A stretch of DNA of 64,000 nt from an uncultured Alphaproteobacteria bacterium (GCA_963774165.1 CAVZEC010000012.1:375089-439088), one strand, 5' to 3'; positions 9,375-20,696 are shown, numbered from the stretch's first letter. Made by a program: numbers and translations. Notes: generated by a model not told the origin, from the sequence alone.

Positions 9375-9656
9375 TCACCTGACCTCGACGTCCTCCCAGA
9401 AGCCGATCCAGTGATCGACCTGGCTCATCTTGGGCTGCGGCGCCTCGTAGGACCACGCGGCACGCGCGCTGCGCGCGGCATCCTGCTTGACGTCGTAGAA
9501 CTGGACGCCGTGCGGGCACTTCAGATCGTTCTCCGATTTCGGTGCCGCGCTGAGCAGGTCCATGCGCACGGCATCGCGCGGGAAATAGGTGTAGCCGCCC
9601 ACATCGAGCGTGCGGTCGCTCTCAGCGATGACCTGGCCGCGCCATATCGCCTTCAT
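9375..9656 (-). CDS. DUF427 domain protein
   Basis: 93-aa ORF MKAIWRGQVIAESDRTLDVGGYTYFP...CPHGVQFYDV...AAWSYEAP, a pattern typical of DUF427. Confidence 0.75.
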   Translation of the reverse strand: MKAIWRGQVIAESDRTLDVGGYTYFPRDAVRMDLLSAAPKSENDLKCPHGVQFYDVKQDAARSARAAWSYEAPQPKMSQVDHWIGFWEDVEVR

Positions 9657-9870
9657 GATGCTCGTCCTTCGGTTCGATACGCTCCTGCAAAAATAAGGGT
9701 CCCGGCACCGATCTCAAGGGCCACAAGTTGCCTGTAGATCCTCTCCCGAGGTCACTCGGCCACACTTTGGTAATACTTTGCGACAATTGTGGTTAAGGGG
9801 GTGAATCCGCACCAGTGGTGTGGAGGTCGGGATGATTCGAGCCCGGCAAACGAACCTGAGGGTTGATCCC

Positions 9871-10950
9871 ATGCCGTCACGATCTTCGGCGCTGGCCGGC
9901 GCGCTGCTGGTGAGCTTGACCGCCCTGCTGTCCGCTGCATCCGGGTCGGCGCAGGAGACCTGGCAGCGCGGCGCAGACCCGCGATACCAGCAGCGCGACG
10001 ACGCCTACCGGCAGGACCCGCCCACCAGCGACGATCCCGCAAGCCGCCCGAGTCGCGGCGATCCCTATTCCGGCAACCGGCCCGCCGAGGCCTATCCGCC
10101 GCGGTTCGGCGCTTCCGCACCCCCGCCGAGCGATGGCTATTCGCCGCGCGCGGGCAGCCCGCCAGCCGACGACGCCTATCACCCGCCGCGCCCTGCCAAC
10201 GATGTCTACAGCCCTCCGCCGCCGCGTCCGGGCTACGCGCAGGCCCCTGGCTCTTACGGGCAGCCCTATCCGCCGCCTCCGGCAGCGGGACAGGCCTACG
10301 GCCAGCCCTATTCGCCGGCCCCGCGCCCGGCTTACGGCGAGCCGTACACGCCTCCGAGGGGCGAATCCTACAACGAACCGCCGCCCTACCGCGGCTACGG
10401 ACCGCCACCGTCCGACCGCGGCTACGGCCCTCCGCCAGGCCCGCGCCCGGACGACGAAGTCACCGACGGCAGCTACTCCTCGCGCGAGATCATGGAAGCC
10501 GGCCACGGCTTCTTCGGCTCGGTCAGCAAGGGGCTCGCCAGCGTGGTGGAGTACGCCTTCAAGCAGCAGGGCCGCCCGAACGGGTACATTCTGGGCCAGG
10601 ACGCCGGAGGCGCTTTCGTCGCCGGCCTGCGCTACGGCGAAGGCACGCTCTATACCAAGGACGCCGGCAGCCATCGCGTCTACTGGCAGGGACCGTCGAT
10701 CGGCTGGGACGCCGGTGCCGAGGGCTCCAAGGTCATGGTTCTGGTCTACAACCTTCGCGATCCCGAGGAGATCCATCAGCGGTTCGGCGGCGTCGACGGC
10801 TCGGCATACCTGGTCGGCGGCGTCGGCATGACGTTCCTGAAGAGCGGCCCGGTCATCGTCGCGCCGATCCGGTCCGGCGTCGGGCTGCGCTTCGGCGCCA
10901 ACGTCGGCTATCTCAAGTACACGCGCCGGCCGACCTGGAACCCGTTCTGA
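9871..10950 (+). CDS. DUF1134 (EipA-like) periplasmic protein with a long Pro/Tyr/Gly-rich N-terminal extension
   Basis: The signal peptide MPSRSSALAGALLVSLTALLSAASGSA is followed by about 190 aa of low complexity (YGQPYPPPP, GYGPPPSDRGYGPPPGP). A DUF1134-like C-terminal domain follows (GYILGQDAGGAFVAGLRYGEGTLYTKD...GPSIGWDAGAEGSKVMVLVYNL). Confidence 0.75.
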   Translation: MPSRSSALAGALLVSLTALLSAASGSAQETWQRGADPRYQQRDDAYRQDPPTSDDPASRPSRGDPYSGNRPAEAYPPRFGASAPPPSDGYSPRAGSPPADDAYHPPRPANDVYSPPPPRPGYAQAPGSYGQPYPPPPAAGQAYGQPYSPAPRPAYGEPYTPPRGESYNEPPPYRGYGPPPSDRGYGPPPGPRPDDEVTDGSYSSREIMEAGHGFFGSVSKGLASVVEYAFKQQGRPNGYILGQDAGGAFVAGLRYGEGTLYTKDAGSHRVYWQGPSIGWDAGAEGSKVMVLVYNLRDPEEIHQRFGGVDGSAYLVGGVGMTFLKSGPVIVAPIRSGVGLRFGANVGYLKYTRRPTWNPF

Positions 10951-11131
10951 TCTCTGTTGTGCGCCTGCAATAGCGGGATGGCACGTGACGGCGTGCCGCC
11001 CTGCTCCTAGTATCGGCGATGTGCGAATCTTGCCACAAACGTGGGGCCCCTTGCCGGATCGGCTTGCAGGGCCCCTGCATTTGCGCGAAGGCTTTGAATA
11101 CACGGCATCATCACAGCCCTAGGACGCGCCT

Positions 11132-12568
11132 TTGATCTCGATTCAGTCAGGCATGCTGGTGGCGCTGGGCTTCTTGGCCGCGAGCCTGCTTGGGCTGCTC
11201 GTCGCATCCGCGTTCTGGTCGCGGGCGGTGCGGCTGACCACGGCACGCATCAAGCAGTCGATGCCCGTCAGCGAGCCCGAGATCAGGGCGGACCGCGACC
11301 GCCTGCGCGCCGAATACGCCATTAAGGTTCACAAGCTCGAAAAACAGCTCGACCAGGCCAAAATCGAGCGCGCGCGTTCCTCAATCGACCTCAATCGCCG
11401 CGACGCCAGCATCTCGACGCTGGGGACAGACCTGGCGCAGATGAAGGCCGACCTGGAGGAGAACCAGAACGCCAGGCGCGTGCTGGAGCAGACCGTCGCC
11501 GACCGCCTGCCGAGGGTCGAGGCCCGGCTCGCCGAGGCCAAGCGGCTGCTGTTCAACCGCGACCGCGAGATCGCGGAGCTGACCGCGGGCGCCAGGCGCC
11601 ACAAGCAGGCGCTGGAGGAGGTCAGCTCGATCAACGCGCAAAAGAACGCGCAGATCGAGCGTCTGTCGACGGCACTCACGACCCGCGGCGGACGCGGCCG
11701 ACAGGCCGCCAGCAACGGCACCGACGCCGAGGTGGCGCTGCGATCCGAGATCGAGGCGCTGCGCAACAAGACGAGCGAGCAGACCTTGCTGATCGACCGG
11801 CTGCAGCGCCGGCTGGGCCACGGCTTCGCGGGCGGCGAACAAGGCACTCCGTCGCCGCCCGAGGGCGAGGCAGATCGCGCGTGGCGTGACATTTCAGAGG
11901 CGGAGGCGGCGATCAACTCGGCGCGCGTCGCAGCCGCGCCGGCCGACACCAGCACGGTCGCATTCGAGCGCGAGGTGAGAGCGCTCAAGGCCCGCACGGA
12001 GGACCAGGCCGGCGAGATCGCGCGGCTCAAGGCGGCGCTCGCCTCCTTCGAGCAGGAGGACGGCAAGGGCGGAGGGCTGAAGGACAGCCGCATCGGTCTG
12101 AAGGCGCGGCTCAGTTCCGCCCAGGCGCACGCCGACCAGCAGACCGCAACCGTCGCCAAGCTGCGCGCCGAGCTTGCCGCCACGCACGAGCGGCTCGCGC
12201 GCCAGGCCGCGCACTTCATGGGCGAGATGCGCCGCATCGGCGGCGGACCGACGCAGCCGCCCGGTCAGGCGCGGCGTCCCATGCGCGAAGAGCGGCGCAC
12301 GCTGGTCGAGCGCGTGGCCCAGATCCGCACCGGCGGCGGGCCGGCGGAGCGGACCGAGCCGCGCGCGCCGGAGGCTCCGCGCCGTCTCGAGGCGCCGGCG
12401 GCCAACGGACACAACGGCAACGGTTCAGCTGCCGCAGAGAAAAAAGAGTCCGACGAGAGCCCCGCGCCGCTGCCGGCCGCCGCAGAATTGCCCAAAGCCA
12501 GCGAGATACCTGACAAGCGCCGTCGGCCTCGGCTGCTCGACCGCATCACCGGTCTGGCCAAGAGCTGA
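11132..12568 (+). CDS. membrane-anchored coiled-coil protein (hypothetical)
   Basis: One N-terminal TM segment (MLVALGFLAASLLGLLVASAFW) is followed by about 350 aa of heptad-like E/R/L/A/Q-rich sequence and an acidic/Pro-rich tail. The start is either TTG 11132 or ATG 11153. Confidence 0.6.
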   Translation: MISIQSGMLVALGFLAASLLGLLVASAFWSRAVRLTTARIKQSMPVSEPEIRADRDRLRAEYAIKVHKLEKQLDQAKIERARSSIDLNRRDASISTLGTDLAQMKADLEENQNARRVLEQTVADRLPRVEARLAEAKRLLFNRDREIAELTAGARRHKQALEEVSSINAQKNAQIERLSTALTTRGGRGRQAASNGTDAEVALRSEIEALRNKTSEQTLLIDRLQRRLGHGFAGGEQGTPSPPEGEADRAWRDISEAEAAINSARVAAAPADTSTVAFEREVRALKARTEDQAGEIARLKAALASFEQEDGKGGGLKDSRIGLKARLSSAQAHADQQTATVAKLRAELAATHERLARQAAHFMGEMRRIGGGPTQPPGQARRPMREERRTLVERVAQIRTGGGPAERTEPRAPEAPRRLEAPAANGHNGNGSAAAEKKESDESPAPLPAAAELPKASEIPDKRRRPRLLDRITGLAKS

Positions 12569-12866
12569 CAGAGCACGGCGCTCGAGACCCACCCGGCGCA
12601 ATGCGGGGTTGGTAGCCGGCGCGGTCGGCTGCATGGGGTGACAAGGCAGGAACGCTTCGGACTGACGGCCATCGCCGATTTGAGGGCGACGCTACGGAAG
12701 CTCTTTTCCTGCACCATTTTTTGAGTTTGGAGCGAGATTTGCGCTCTTGGTGGAAGCGGCATGCTCCCGTCAAGGCGACCTCGTTCCGGCGACTTCGCTC
12801 GCGGGGAATGCGCTGGCTTGCGGGAGCCGGCCGTTCGGGACTGCACGCAGTGTGTAAGAGGTTGCG

Positions 12867-13820
12867 ATGGCGACCATGCCCGTGCCGCCAGGTCTCGGCG
12901 GCGACGACGACGATTCCGAGCCGAGGCAGAGCTTGAGGCTGAGCGACGCCGAGGAGATAGCCGCCGAGAGGCTCGATGGCGCCGCCGAAGGCTCGCTCAA
13001 GGAGGCCCTGGCGACGGCTGCCGCAGAAGAGGAAGGCGATACGGGACCGCAGCTTGCCGATCGCATCGGTGCCGCCGGGGAGAGTTTCGCTGCAGGGCCC
13101 CTCGTGCGGCTCATCGAGGCGCGGTTCGGGGAAGCGGGCCGCACGCAGATCTCCGAGCCGCCGTATGCATTCAGTCCCATGCCCCGGCCGCCGGCGCTGG
13201 ACTTGGGAGTTGTGCTCGTCGCGCTGAGGGACAGCGCTCCTGCGCCAGCCCCGAGCAACTTCGAGATTGCGGAAAGCGTCGAGTTCGCCAGCCCTCCGGC
13301 CGAGGATCGCCAGGACTTGGTCGACGAGGAGCTTGCTGCACCGGTTGCGGAAGCACCGCCGCAGCCGCCGCCCGCATCGACGCTTTCACCCAACGCGCCG
13401 ACGCCGCCAAGCATGCAGCCGCTGACCAGCGCGCTCGATGCCGCCGTCCGGCTGGCAGCCGACGCCAACGTCGCGGCCGAAGCGCTCGAGAACCTGAAGC
13501 GGCTGCTGGAGCACAAGCAGCAACTGGAAAGCCGCCTCCCGCCTCCCGCTTCCGAACCGACACTGCTTCCTCTCTCGCGGGACCCCGGCGAACCCGATAC
13601 CAGGCGCGTCGCACCGGCGCGCGCCCCTCTCCCGCCGCTGCCGCTGCCTCTCCATGCCGTGTCCGGCGCCGGCGGCGAGGCGGCGCGCGCGATGCTGCCG
13701 GCCCTTCGCCCGCGCCCGCCACCCGAGCGCCGCGGCCTCGACGTGCGCGGCTTCCTGGCGGGCTTCGCACTGTCGTGGGCGTTCGGCGCCGTGCTCTACC
13801 TTTTCCTGACGGTGGGGTGA
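12867..13820 (+). CDS. hypothetical Pro/Ala-rich protein with a C-terminal TM anchor
   Basis: 317-aa ORF that ends in GFLAGFALSWAFGAVLYLFLTVG. The composition is low complexity, so whether it is coding is less certain. Confidence 0.45.
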   Translation: MATMPVPPGLGGDDDDSEPRQSLRLSDAEEIAAERLDGAAEGSLKEALATAAAEEEGDTGPQLADRIGAAGESFAAGPLVRLIEARFGEAGRTQISEPPYAFSPMPRPPALDLGVVLVALRDSAPAPAPSNFEIAESVEFASPPAEDRQDLVDEELAAPVAEAPPQPPPASTLSPNAPTPPSMQPLTSALDAAVRLAADANVAAEALENLKRLLEHKQQLESRLPPPASEPTLLPLSRDPGEPDTRRVAPARAPLPPLPLPLHAVSGAGGEAARAMLPALRPRPPPERRGLDVRGFLAGFALSWAFGAVLYLFLTVG

Positions 13821-13896
13821 CGGTGGATCCGGAGCTATCCGACGGCTCCAATGCCGCACGTTGCCGGCAATCCCTGCAGACGGCGGCGAAAATTCC

Positions 13897-14643
13897 TCAG
13901 ACCCGCGTCCAGCCGCTGCCCGTGAGCTGCTCCTGCGGCTGGAACCGCTTCTTGTAGCTCATCTTCGGCGAGCCCTGGATCCAGTAGCCGAGATACAGAT
14001 AGGGCACGCCGAGCCGGCGCGCGTAGGCGATATGCTCGAGGATCATGTAGGTGCCGAGCCCGCGGCGGGCAGCTTCCGGCTCATAGAAGCTGTACACCAT
14101 CGAGATGCCGTCGGAGAGGCGGTCGCACAGCGCGACGCCGAGGAGCGGCTGCTGCTTGTCGGCGTGCGCGGAGCCGAGCGGCTTCGGCTTGGGCCGGTAC
14201 TCCGTCACGAAGGTGTCGATGATGCTGTCCTCCACCATCATCGCGTAGTCGAGCACGGTCATGTCGGCCATGCCGCCATCGGCGTGGCGCGCGTCGATGT
14301 AGGCGCGGAACAGCGAGTACTGCTCCGACGTCGGCGTCGCCTGCAGCCGGCGCGCGACGAGGTCGCCGTTGACCTCCATCGCACGGCGCAGCGAGCGCGT
14401 GGCCTCGAACTCGCTCACCACCACGCGCACCGACACGCACGCCTGGCATCCCTCGCAGTAGGGCATGTAGGCGATGTTCTGGCTGCGACGGAAACCGCCC
14501 TTGAGCAGGTTGTCGACGAGGGCCGGCGGCTTGTCGTGGGTGAGATGGGTGAACAGCTTGCGCTCGAGACGGCCCGCCAGATACGGGCAGGGCTGCGGCG
14601 CCGTGACGTAGAACTCCGGGAAATGCTTCTGCTGCTCGGTCAT
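13897..14643 (-). CDS. bpt: arginyltransferase-family N-end-rule transferase (Bpt, Asp/Glu leucyltransferase)
   Basis: CPYLAGRLERKLF, GFRRSQNIAYMPYCEGCQACVSVRV, SMVYSFYEP and LGYWIQGSPKMSYK are the hallmark ATE_N/ATE_C motifs. Length is 248 aa. Confidence 0.9.
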   Translation of the reverse strand: MTEQQKHFPEFYVTAPQPCPYLAGRLERKLFTHLTHDKPPALVDNLLKGGFRRSQNIAYMPYCEGCQACVSVRVVVSEFEATRSLRRAMEVNGDLVARRLQATPTSEQYSLFRAYIDARHADGGMADMTVLDYAMMVEDSIIDTFVTEYRPKPKPLGSAHADKQQPLLGVALCDRLSDGISMVYSFYEPEAARRGLGTYMILEHIAYARRLGVPYLYLGYWIQGSPKMSYKKRFQPQEQLTGSGWTRV

Positions 14644-14738
14644 TCGGCCTCACGCGCCCTCACTGCGGGGCGATGATAGGTGAGGCGGTGCAGGCCAAGC
14701 AAGTGGGACGCGCGGGCGCATGCAACACGGCAAGAAGG

Positions 14739-15010
14739 GGCAGTAGGCAATTGGCAGTGGGCAATCGGGAAGACGACGCCTCTGCGGCTACTGCCTACTG
14801 GCCGCGCTACAGCCAAGCCGCGCGCGGCGCCAGAGCCCCGCGTGGTGAGCTTGCCGAACCGCGGCGATGCGCCCGCGGCCGTCCTTCGACAAGGACGAGG
14901 GTGGTGTTCGCGGCAAGGGACTGCCGACCCAGTGGTGAGCTTGTCGAACCACGCGGCCACCACGGTGCCTCGAGCCCGCCCTTCGACCCTCGGAACAAGA
15001 CGGAGGGCAT
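14739..15010. repeat. cluster of REP-like palindromic elements
   Basis: There are two hairpin units with arms gtgagCTTGyCGAAcc ... ccTTCGACAAGg (14842-14904) and gtgagcttgtcgaacc ... cccttcgaccctcgg (14931-15008). A ggcagtaggcaattggcagtgggcaat / gctactgcctactg inverted pair lies at 14739-14805. A half-unit (gagcttgtcgaaggg) recurs at ~32190. Confidence 0.6.
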
Positions 15011-15063
15011 GCAGGCCCAGGGCGACGGAGGTGGTACTGGCCGCGGAGGTGGTATTGGCGGCG

Positions 15064-16135
<1,072 letters not shown>

Positions 16136-16312
16136 GGGGCACCTCTGCCTTCAGCTGATTTTCGGCGTGTGCAGCCACTATTGAGGGCAACCGCGCCGAC
16201 AAGGCAAGGGGGCACAATGCCGGCGCTTCGATGACTCTGCAGGCGTGAATGCGGCTCCCCACGGCATCCTGGCAACGAAATCCGCTAACACTTCGGAAGC
16301 TCTGAGCTGTCT

Positions 16313-18115
16313 GTGATAACGTCGGTCACCAAAGTTGATCGAGACGCCCAGCAGATGCCCGAAGCACCGGGAAATCCGAAGGCTCCTCGCAGGCTGGCGG
16401 CGATCCTGGCCGCCGACATTGCCGGCTACAGCGCCCTCATGGGCGCCGACGAGGAAGCCACCGTTCGCGACCTGAAGGCCCACCAGGCCGTCGTCCTGCC
16501 TATGGTCGCCCAGCACGGAGGCCGGATCATCGATACCGCCGGCGATGGCATCCTCGCCGAGTTTTCGAGCGTCGTGGGCGCGGTCGAGTGTGCGTTGGCC
16601 ATCCAGAAGGCGATGGCCGAGCGCAACGCGTCCGTCGACCCGGCCCGCCGCATGCTATTCCGGATCGGCATCAATCAAGGCGATGTCGTATTCGACGATG
16701 CCCGGATCTACGGAGACGGCGTCAATATCGCCGCGCGCTTGGAGGGGATCGCAGAGCCAGGCGGCATCTGCATTTCAGGCAAAGTGCACGCCGAGATTGC
16801 CGGCAGGGTCCAGGCCGCGGTTCACGACCTCGGGCCACAACACCTCAAGAATATCGCGATGCCGGTGCAGGCTTATCGGATTGTGCTGACGGCTTCCTCC
16901 GCCCCTCCCATCGGTGCGAGGCCGCCGATCAGTCTGCCCGACAAACCCTCCATTGCCGTCCTGCCCTTCACCAACATGAGTGGTGACGACGACCAGGAAT
17001 TTTTCGCCGATGGGCTGACCGAGGACATCATTACGGCCCTGTCGCAGTTTCGCGAGTTCCTCGTCATCTCTCGCAACTCCACGTTCGTCTACAAGGGCAA
17101 GGCCGTGAACATTCAGGAAGCGGCAAAGGCTCTTGGCGTGCAGTACGTGCTGGAGGGCAGCGTGCGCAAGGCCGGCGGGCGCGTCCGGATTACGGCTCAG
17201 CTCATCGACGCCGCGACCGACCGTCACGTGTGGGCCGAACGCTACGACCGCGAGCTCAAGAGCATCTTCGAGATCCAAGACGACGTCACGTCATCGATCG
17301 CGGCGACCTTGCCGGGTCGGGTCGAGGCCGCGGCCTACCAGAAGATTTCCCGCAGCACGACCGAGAGCATGGCTGCGTACGAGCTGGTGCTCGCCGCCAA
17401 GGTGCTTCACCATCGCTCCACCAGGGAGGACAACCACGAGGCGCTGAAAACCATCGAACGCGCGATCGCCCTCGACCCGAATTACGCGCACGCGCACGCT
17501 TGGCGCGCCTGCATCATCGGTCAGTCCTGGGTCTACAGCTGGTGCGCCGACCGCGATGTCGCCTTGCAGGAAGTGAACGATACACTGAAGATCGCGCTCG
17601 CACTGGACGACAACGATAGCGACGTGCACCGCGTCCTGGCCGCCGTGAAACTCGCGAGCGGCAATCACACGGAAGCCGAATACCACCAGCAGCGTGCCGT
17701 CAGCCTCAATCCCAACAACGATCTCATCGTTGTGCAGCAGGGCGAGCTGTACACCTGGCTCGGCAATCCGGAAGAAGGCATCAAGTGGATCAGGAACGCG
17801 ATGCGCCTCAATCCCTACCACCCGGAGCGCTTCTGGCACCATCTCGGCCGGGCACTTTTTGCCGCGCGCCGCTATGACGAGGCCATCGACGCGTTCAGGC
17901 GCGTCAGCCGACCCGACGCATCCATTCACGCATTTCTCGCGGCAGCCTCGGCGATGCTGGGCGATGCGGGCGCCGCCGCTGCCCAGGTCCGCAGCGTCCT
18001 CGCGCTAAATCCGAGGTTCTCGGTCGAGACCTATCTGCGGACGCTCCACTATCTACGCGATAGCGATCGCCAGCATCACCGCGAAGCGCTCTTGAAGGCG
18101 GCGCTGCCTGCCTGA
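16313..18115 (+). CDS. class III adenylate/guanylate cyclase with TolB-like linker and C-terminal TPR repeats
   Basis: The cyclase core is LAAILAADIAGYSALMG...GRIIDTAGDGILAEF...FRIGINQGDVV...YGDGVNIAARLE. It is followed by IAVLPFTNMSGDDDQEFFADGLTEDIIT and TPR-like repeats. The start is either GTG 16313 or ATG 16355. Confidence 0.85.
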   Translation: MITSVTKVDRDAQQMPEAPGNPKAPRRLAAILAADIAGYSALMGADEEATVRDLKAHQAVVLPMVAQHGGRIIDTAGDGILAEFSSVVGAVECALAIQKAMAERNASVDPARRMLFRIGINQGDVVFDDARIYGDGVNIAARLEGIAEPGGICISGKVHAEIAGRVQAAVHDLGPQHLKNIAMPVQAYRIVLTASSAPPIGARPPISLPDKPSIAVLPFTNMSGDDDQEFFADGLTEDIITALSQFREFLVISRNSTFVYKGKAVNIQEAAKALGVQYVLEGSVRKAGGRVRITAQLIDAATDRHVWAERYDRELKSIFEIQDDVTSSIAATLPGRVEAAAYQKISRSTTESMAAYELVLAAKVLHHRSTREDNHEALKTIERAIALDPNYAHAHAWRACIIGQSWVYSWCADRDVALQEVNDTLKIALALDDNDSDVHRVLAAVKLASGNHTEAEYHQQRAVSLNPNNDLIVVQQGELYTWLGNPEEGIKWIRNAMRLNPYHPERFWHHLGRALFAARRYDEAIDAFRRVSRPDASIHAFLAAASAMLGDAGAAAAQVRSVLALNPRFSVETYLRTLHYLRDSDRQHHREALLKAALPA

Positions 18116-18139
18116 TTGGACGGGCAGATATCCGTCAGC

Positions 18140-19255
18140 TCACTCGCAGATCTTGGTGTTCTGGATGCGCTCGGCCATGTCGAGGTGGAAGTGGTTGAGG
18201 TGGGCGTTGTTGGCCTCGGGACCGAGTACGGTGTTGAACACCTTGCAGGCGGAGCGGTGCGCGGCGCGGAGGAAGTCGGTCTTGCCGCCCGGCGCGACGG
18301 ACGGATCGACGGCAGCTGGCGGAGGTTTGGGGCCGCCGAGCCGGCTCGGGGCCATCAGGCCGAAAACCGCCGGCGAGCGGTCCGGGGAGCCCGGCATATC
18401 CAGGGTAATGCCGGGAATGCCGATGGTCATGCCCGGCCGCAGGTCGAGCGGAACGATCGCTGAAGCGGTTGCCGGCCGCTGCACCGCCACGCTGCGGCCC
18501 TGCTGGGCCATGCCGGCCTGCACGGGCACCATCGTGGGCCTTGCCGGCGCGACTTGCGCGGGCGCACTCGCGTGGGCCGTCGCCGCCTCGGCCTTGGCGT
18601 CGGCAGCCGCCTGGGCGGCGATCTGGCGCGCGGTCGGGCCCCATTCGGCCACTACCAGCGCCGCCTGGCCCCGCGCCGTGACGAACGAGCCGAGGTCGAC
18701 CGCGTTGGCCTTGCCGTGCTGGCTGACCCGGCCGTGGGCGCGGCCGTAGGCGTTGCGGCAGGAATAGGAGCTCATGGTATCGATGCGGACGACGGGCCCG
18801 CCCAGGTGCTTGCGCGCCAGCGGCTGCACGTCCCGATCGAGCCATCGCGCCAGCGTCGCGACCATGTCGCAGGTCACCGTCGGAGGCGGCGAGAACGTCA
18901 CCTGCGGGCTGCGGCCGACGCTGATCAGCTTCATCGGCGCCGGCGTCCCGCATTCGGTGCCTTCACGCAGGGGCGGCTCCGGCACCGCCACCGCGTCGAG
19001 GCCTTTCAACAGGATTTTGCAGCGGGCCTGCGCCTCTTCCAATTCCTGCGGCGACCAGGCGATGGCAGCGGCCTCAGGCGCGGCCTTGTCCGGCAGCACG
19101 CGCGGCCACTGCTTCGCGGACGGCGCAGCCGCAGGCACCTGCGGCCCAGCCGTGGCGGGCGGCCCGGCGTTCACAGGTCCAGATTTCTGCGCAAACGCGC
19201 CCGGGGCGGAAAGCACGCAAAACGCTGCGGCCACCGCCAAACGTTTACCGGTCAT
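18140..19255 (-). CDS. extensin-like C-terminal domain family protein (secreted)
   Basis: The signal peptide MTGKRLAVAAAFCVLSAPGAFA is followed by a Pro/Ala-rich linker. Conserved Cys/His segments follow (TECGTPAPMKL, PPPTVTCDM, SSYSCRN, SQHGKANAVD ... NNAHLNHFHLDM). Confidence 0.7.
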   Translation of the reverse strand: MTGKRLAVAAAFCVLSAPGAFAQKSGPVNAGPPATAGPQVPAAAPSAKQWPRVLPDKAAPEAAAIAWSPQELEEAQARCKILLKGLDAVAVPEPPLREGTECGTPAPMKLISVGRSPQVTFSPPPTVTCDMVATLARWLDRDVQPLARKHLGGPVVRIDTMSSYSCRNAYGRAHGRVSQHGKANAVDLGSFVTARGQAALVVAEWGPTARQIAAQAAADAKAEAATAHASAPAQVAPARPTMVPVQAGMAQQGRSVAVQRPATASAIVPLDLRPGMTIGIPGITLDMPGSPDRSPAVFGLMAPSRLGGPKPPPAAVDPSVAPGGKTDFLRAAHRSACKVFNTVLGPEANNAHLNHFHLDMAERIQNTKICE

Positions 19256-19405
19256 CAAGAATTGGCCCCTCGTACCCCCGCGCCGACCCCGACTGATTCC
19301 CCCGCGAATCAAACCGAAGTTTCATCGTAGGTGACAATCATGTATAGCGCGAAAATGGCGTCGGCCTGAAAATCCCACCGGCGGCGGAACGGAGGCGGAA
19401 CATCT

Positions 19406-20530
19406 GTGGACAATGAGCTTCCGAGCCGCGCTGACGACGTCCCGGCGACGGAAACCGGTGCCGGCGACATACGCATCGGCACCGATCACGCCGCCGCGTT
19501 CGTCACGTTGAGCAGGCCGGCGGCGCTCAACGCGCTGACGACGGCCATGCGCGCCGCCATGGCTCGCTCGTTCCCGCCGTGGATACGCGATCCCGAGATC
19601 TACGCGGTGGTGATCTCCTCCGCCTCCGATCGCGCGTTCTGTGCCGGCGGCGATCTGCGCGAGCTGACCGATTGGGGCAGGCATCGCAGGGCCGATGCCG
19701 TCAAATCGCTGGCGGAGGAATACGCGCTCAATTGGCAGCTGGAATGCTTCTTCAAGCCGACGGTATCGCTGATCGACGGCGTGACGATGGGCTCCGGGGT
19801 GGGCATCTCGCTCTACGGCACGCATCGGGTCGCGGGCGAGCGCTATCGGTTCGCGATGCCCGAGACCGGCATCGGTCTGTTCCCGGACGACGGCGTGAGC
19901 TGGGCCTTCGCCCGCATGCCCGATGCCGTCGGCATGTACCTGGCGCTGACCGGCCGATCCATCGGGCGGGCGGATGCCTACCGGCTCGGGTTGGCGACGC
20001 ACTGCATCCCGGCCGGACGCTTCGGCGAAATTCGCGCGGGCCTCGCCGACGCCGACACCGTCGACCCGCTGCTGGACGACCGCCACGAGGACCCGGGACC
20101 CGGCGAGCTGGAGGCACTCCGCCCCGTCATCGCGCGCTGCTTCTCGCAAGGTACGGTGGAAGGCATCGTCGACCGCCTTCGGGCAGAGCGCGGCGCGGCG
20201 GCGGAATGGACGCAAGGCGTGCTGTCGGACCTGGCGGCGCGTTCGCCCACCTCGCTGAAGATCACCCACCGGCACGTGCAGCTGGCGGCCGGCCTGGACC
20301 TGCGCGAGACCCTGATGCAGGACTTCCGCCTGGCCCGCCGCTGCCTGGAGGGAAAAGACCTGTACGAGGGCGTGCGCGCCGTGCTGACCGACCGCGACCG
20401 CAACCCGAAATGGGACCCCGCTCGCCTCGAGGATGTAACCGAGGCCAAAGTCGACGCCTATTTCGCCTCGCTCGGGGACGACGAGCTGCAGCTTCCAAGC
20501 CGCGCCCGGATGCAGGCCTTTGGGTCGTGA
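19406..20530 (+). CDS. enoyl-CoA hydratase/isomerase family protein, 3-hydroxyisobutyryl-CoA hydrolase-like
   Basis: Crotonase-fold motifs are present (RAFCAGGDLREL, IDGVTMGSGVGIS, FAMPETGIGLFPD). The long C-terminal ECH_2-type extension is typical of HIBYL-CoA hydrolases. Confidence 0.8.
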   Translation: MDNELPSRADDVPATETGAGDIRIGTDHAAAFVTLSRPAALNALTTAMRAAMARSFPPWIRDPEIYAVVISSASDRAFCAGGDLRELTDWGRHRRADAVKSLAEEYALNWQLECFFKPTVSLIDGVTMGSGVGISLYGTHRVAGERYRFAMPETGIGLFPDDGVSWAFARMPDAVGMYLALTGRSIGRADAYRLGLATHCIPAGRFGEIRAGLADADTVDPLLDDRHEDPGPGELEALRPVIARCFSQGTVEGIVDRLRAERGAAAEWTQGVLSDLAARSPTSLKITHRHVQLAAGLDLRETLMQDFRLARRCLEGKDLYEGVRAVLTDRDRNPKWDPARLEDVTEAKVDAYFASLGDDELQLPSRARMQAFGS

Positions 20531-20635
20531 TTGGGCCACGGAGGGCCCAAGCACAGCTCGTTAACCCATTGCTTTAAGTTAGAATTAGAGCCTTTGGCAT
20601 AGTCTTGCCGCAAATCCGGGAAAACCGGAGCGTCA

Positions 20636-20678
20636 AACAGTTGCAAAGCTAACAGTTGCGGGTTGTGTAACCTGCAAC
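20636..20678. promoter_or_regulatory. candidate operator upstream of the MarR-family gene
   Basis: AACAGTTGC is a direct repeat at 20636 and 20651. It overlaps an imperfect 24-bp palindrome, GTTGCGGGTTgtgtAACCTGCAAC (20655-20678), 19 nt before the ATG at 20697. Confidence 0.35.
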
Positions 20679-20696
20679 GCAGCAAGGCAGGGACCA

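Noticed and set aside
14739-15010. Possible CRISPR array in the bpt-hemB intergenic repeats
   Set aside because: There are only two main units. Each is itself an inverted-repeat hairpin rather than a direct repeat separated by unique spacers. There is no regular repeat-spacer period and no cas genes in the window.
20561-20578. CtrA box (TTAA-N7-TTAA) in ttaacccattgctttaag, near the cell-cycle genes
   Set aside because: The two TTAA half-sites are separated by 9 nt, not 7. I saw no properly spaced site in the chpT/cysQ divergent region either.
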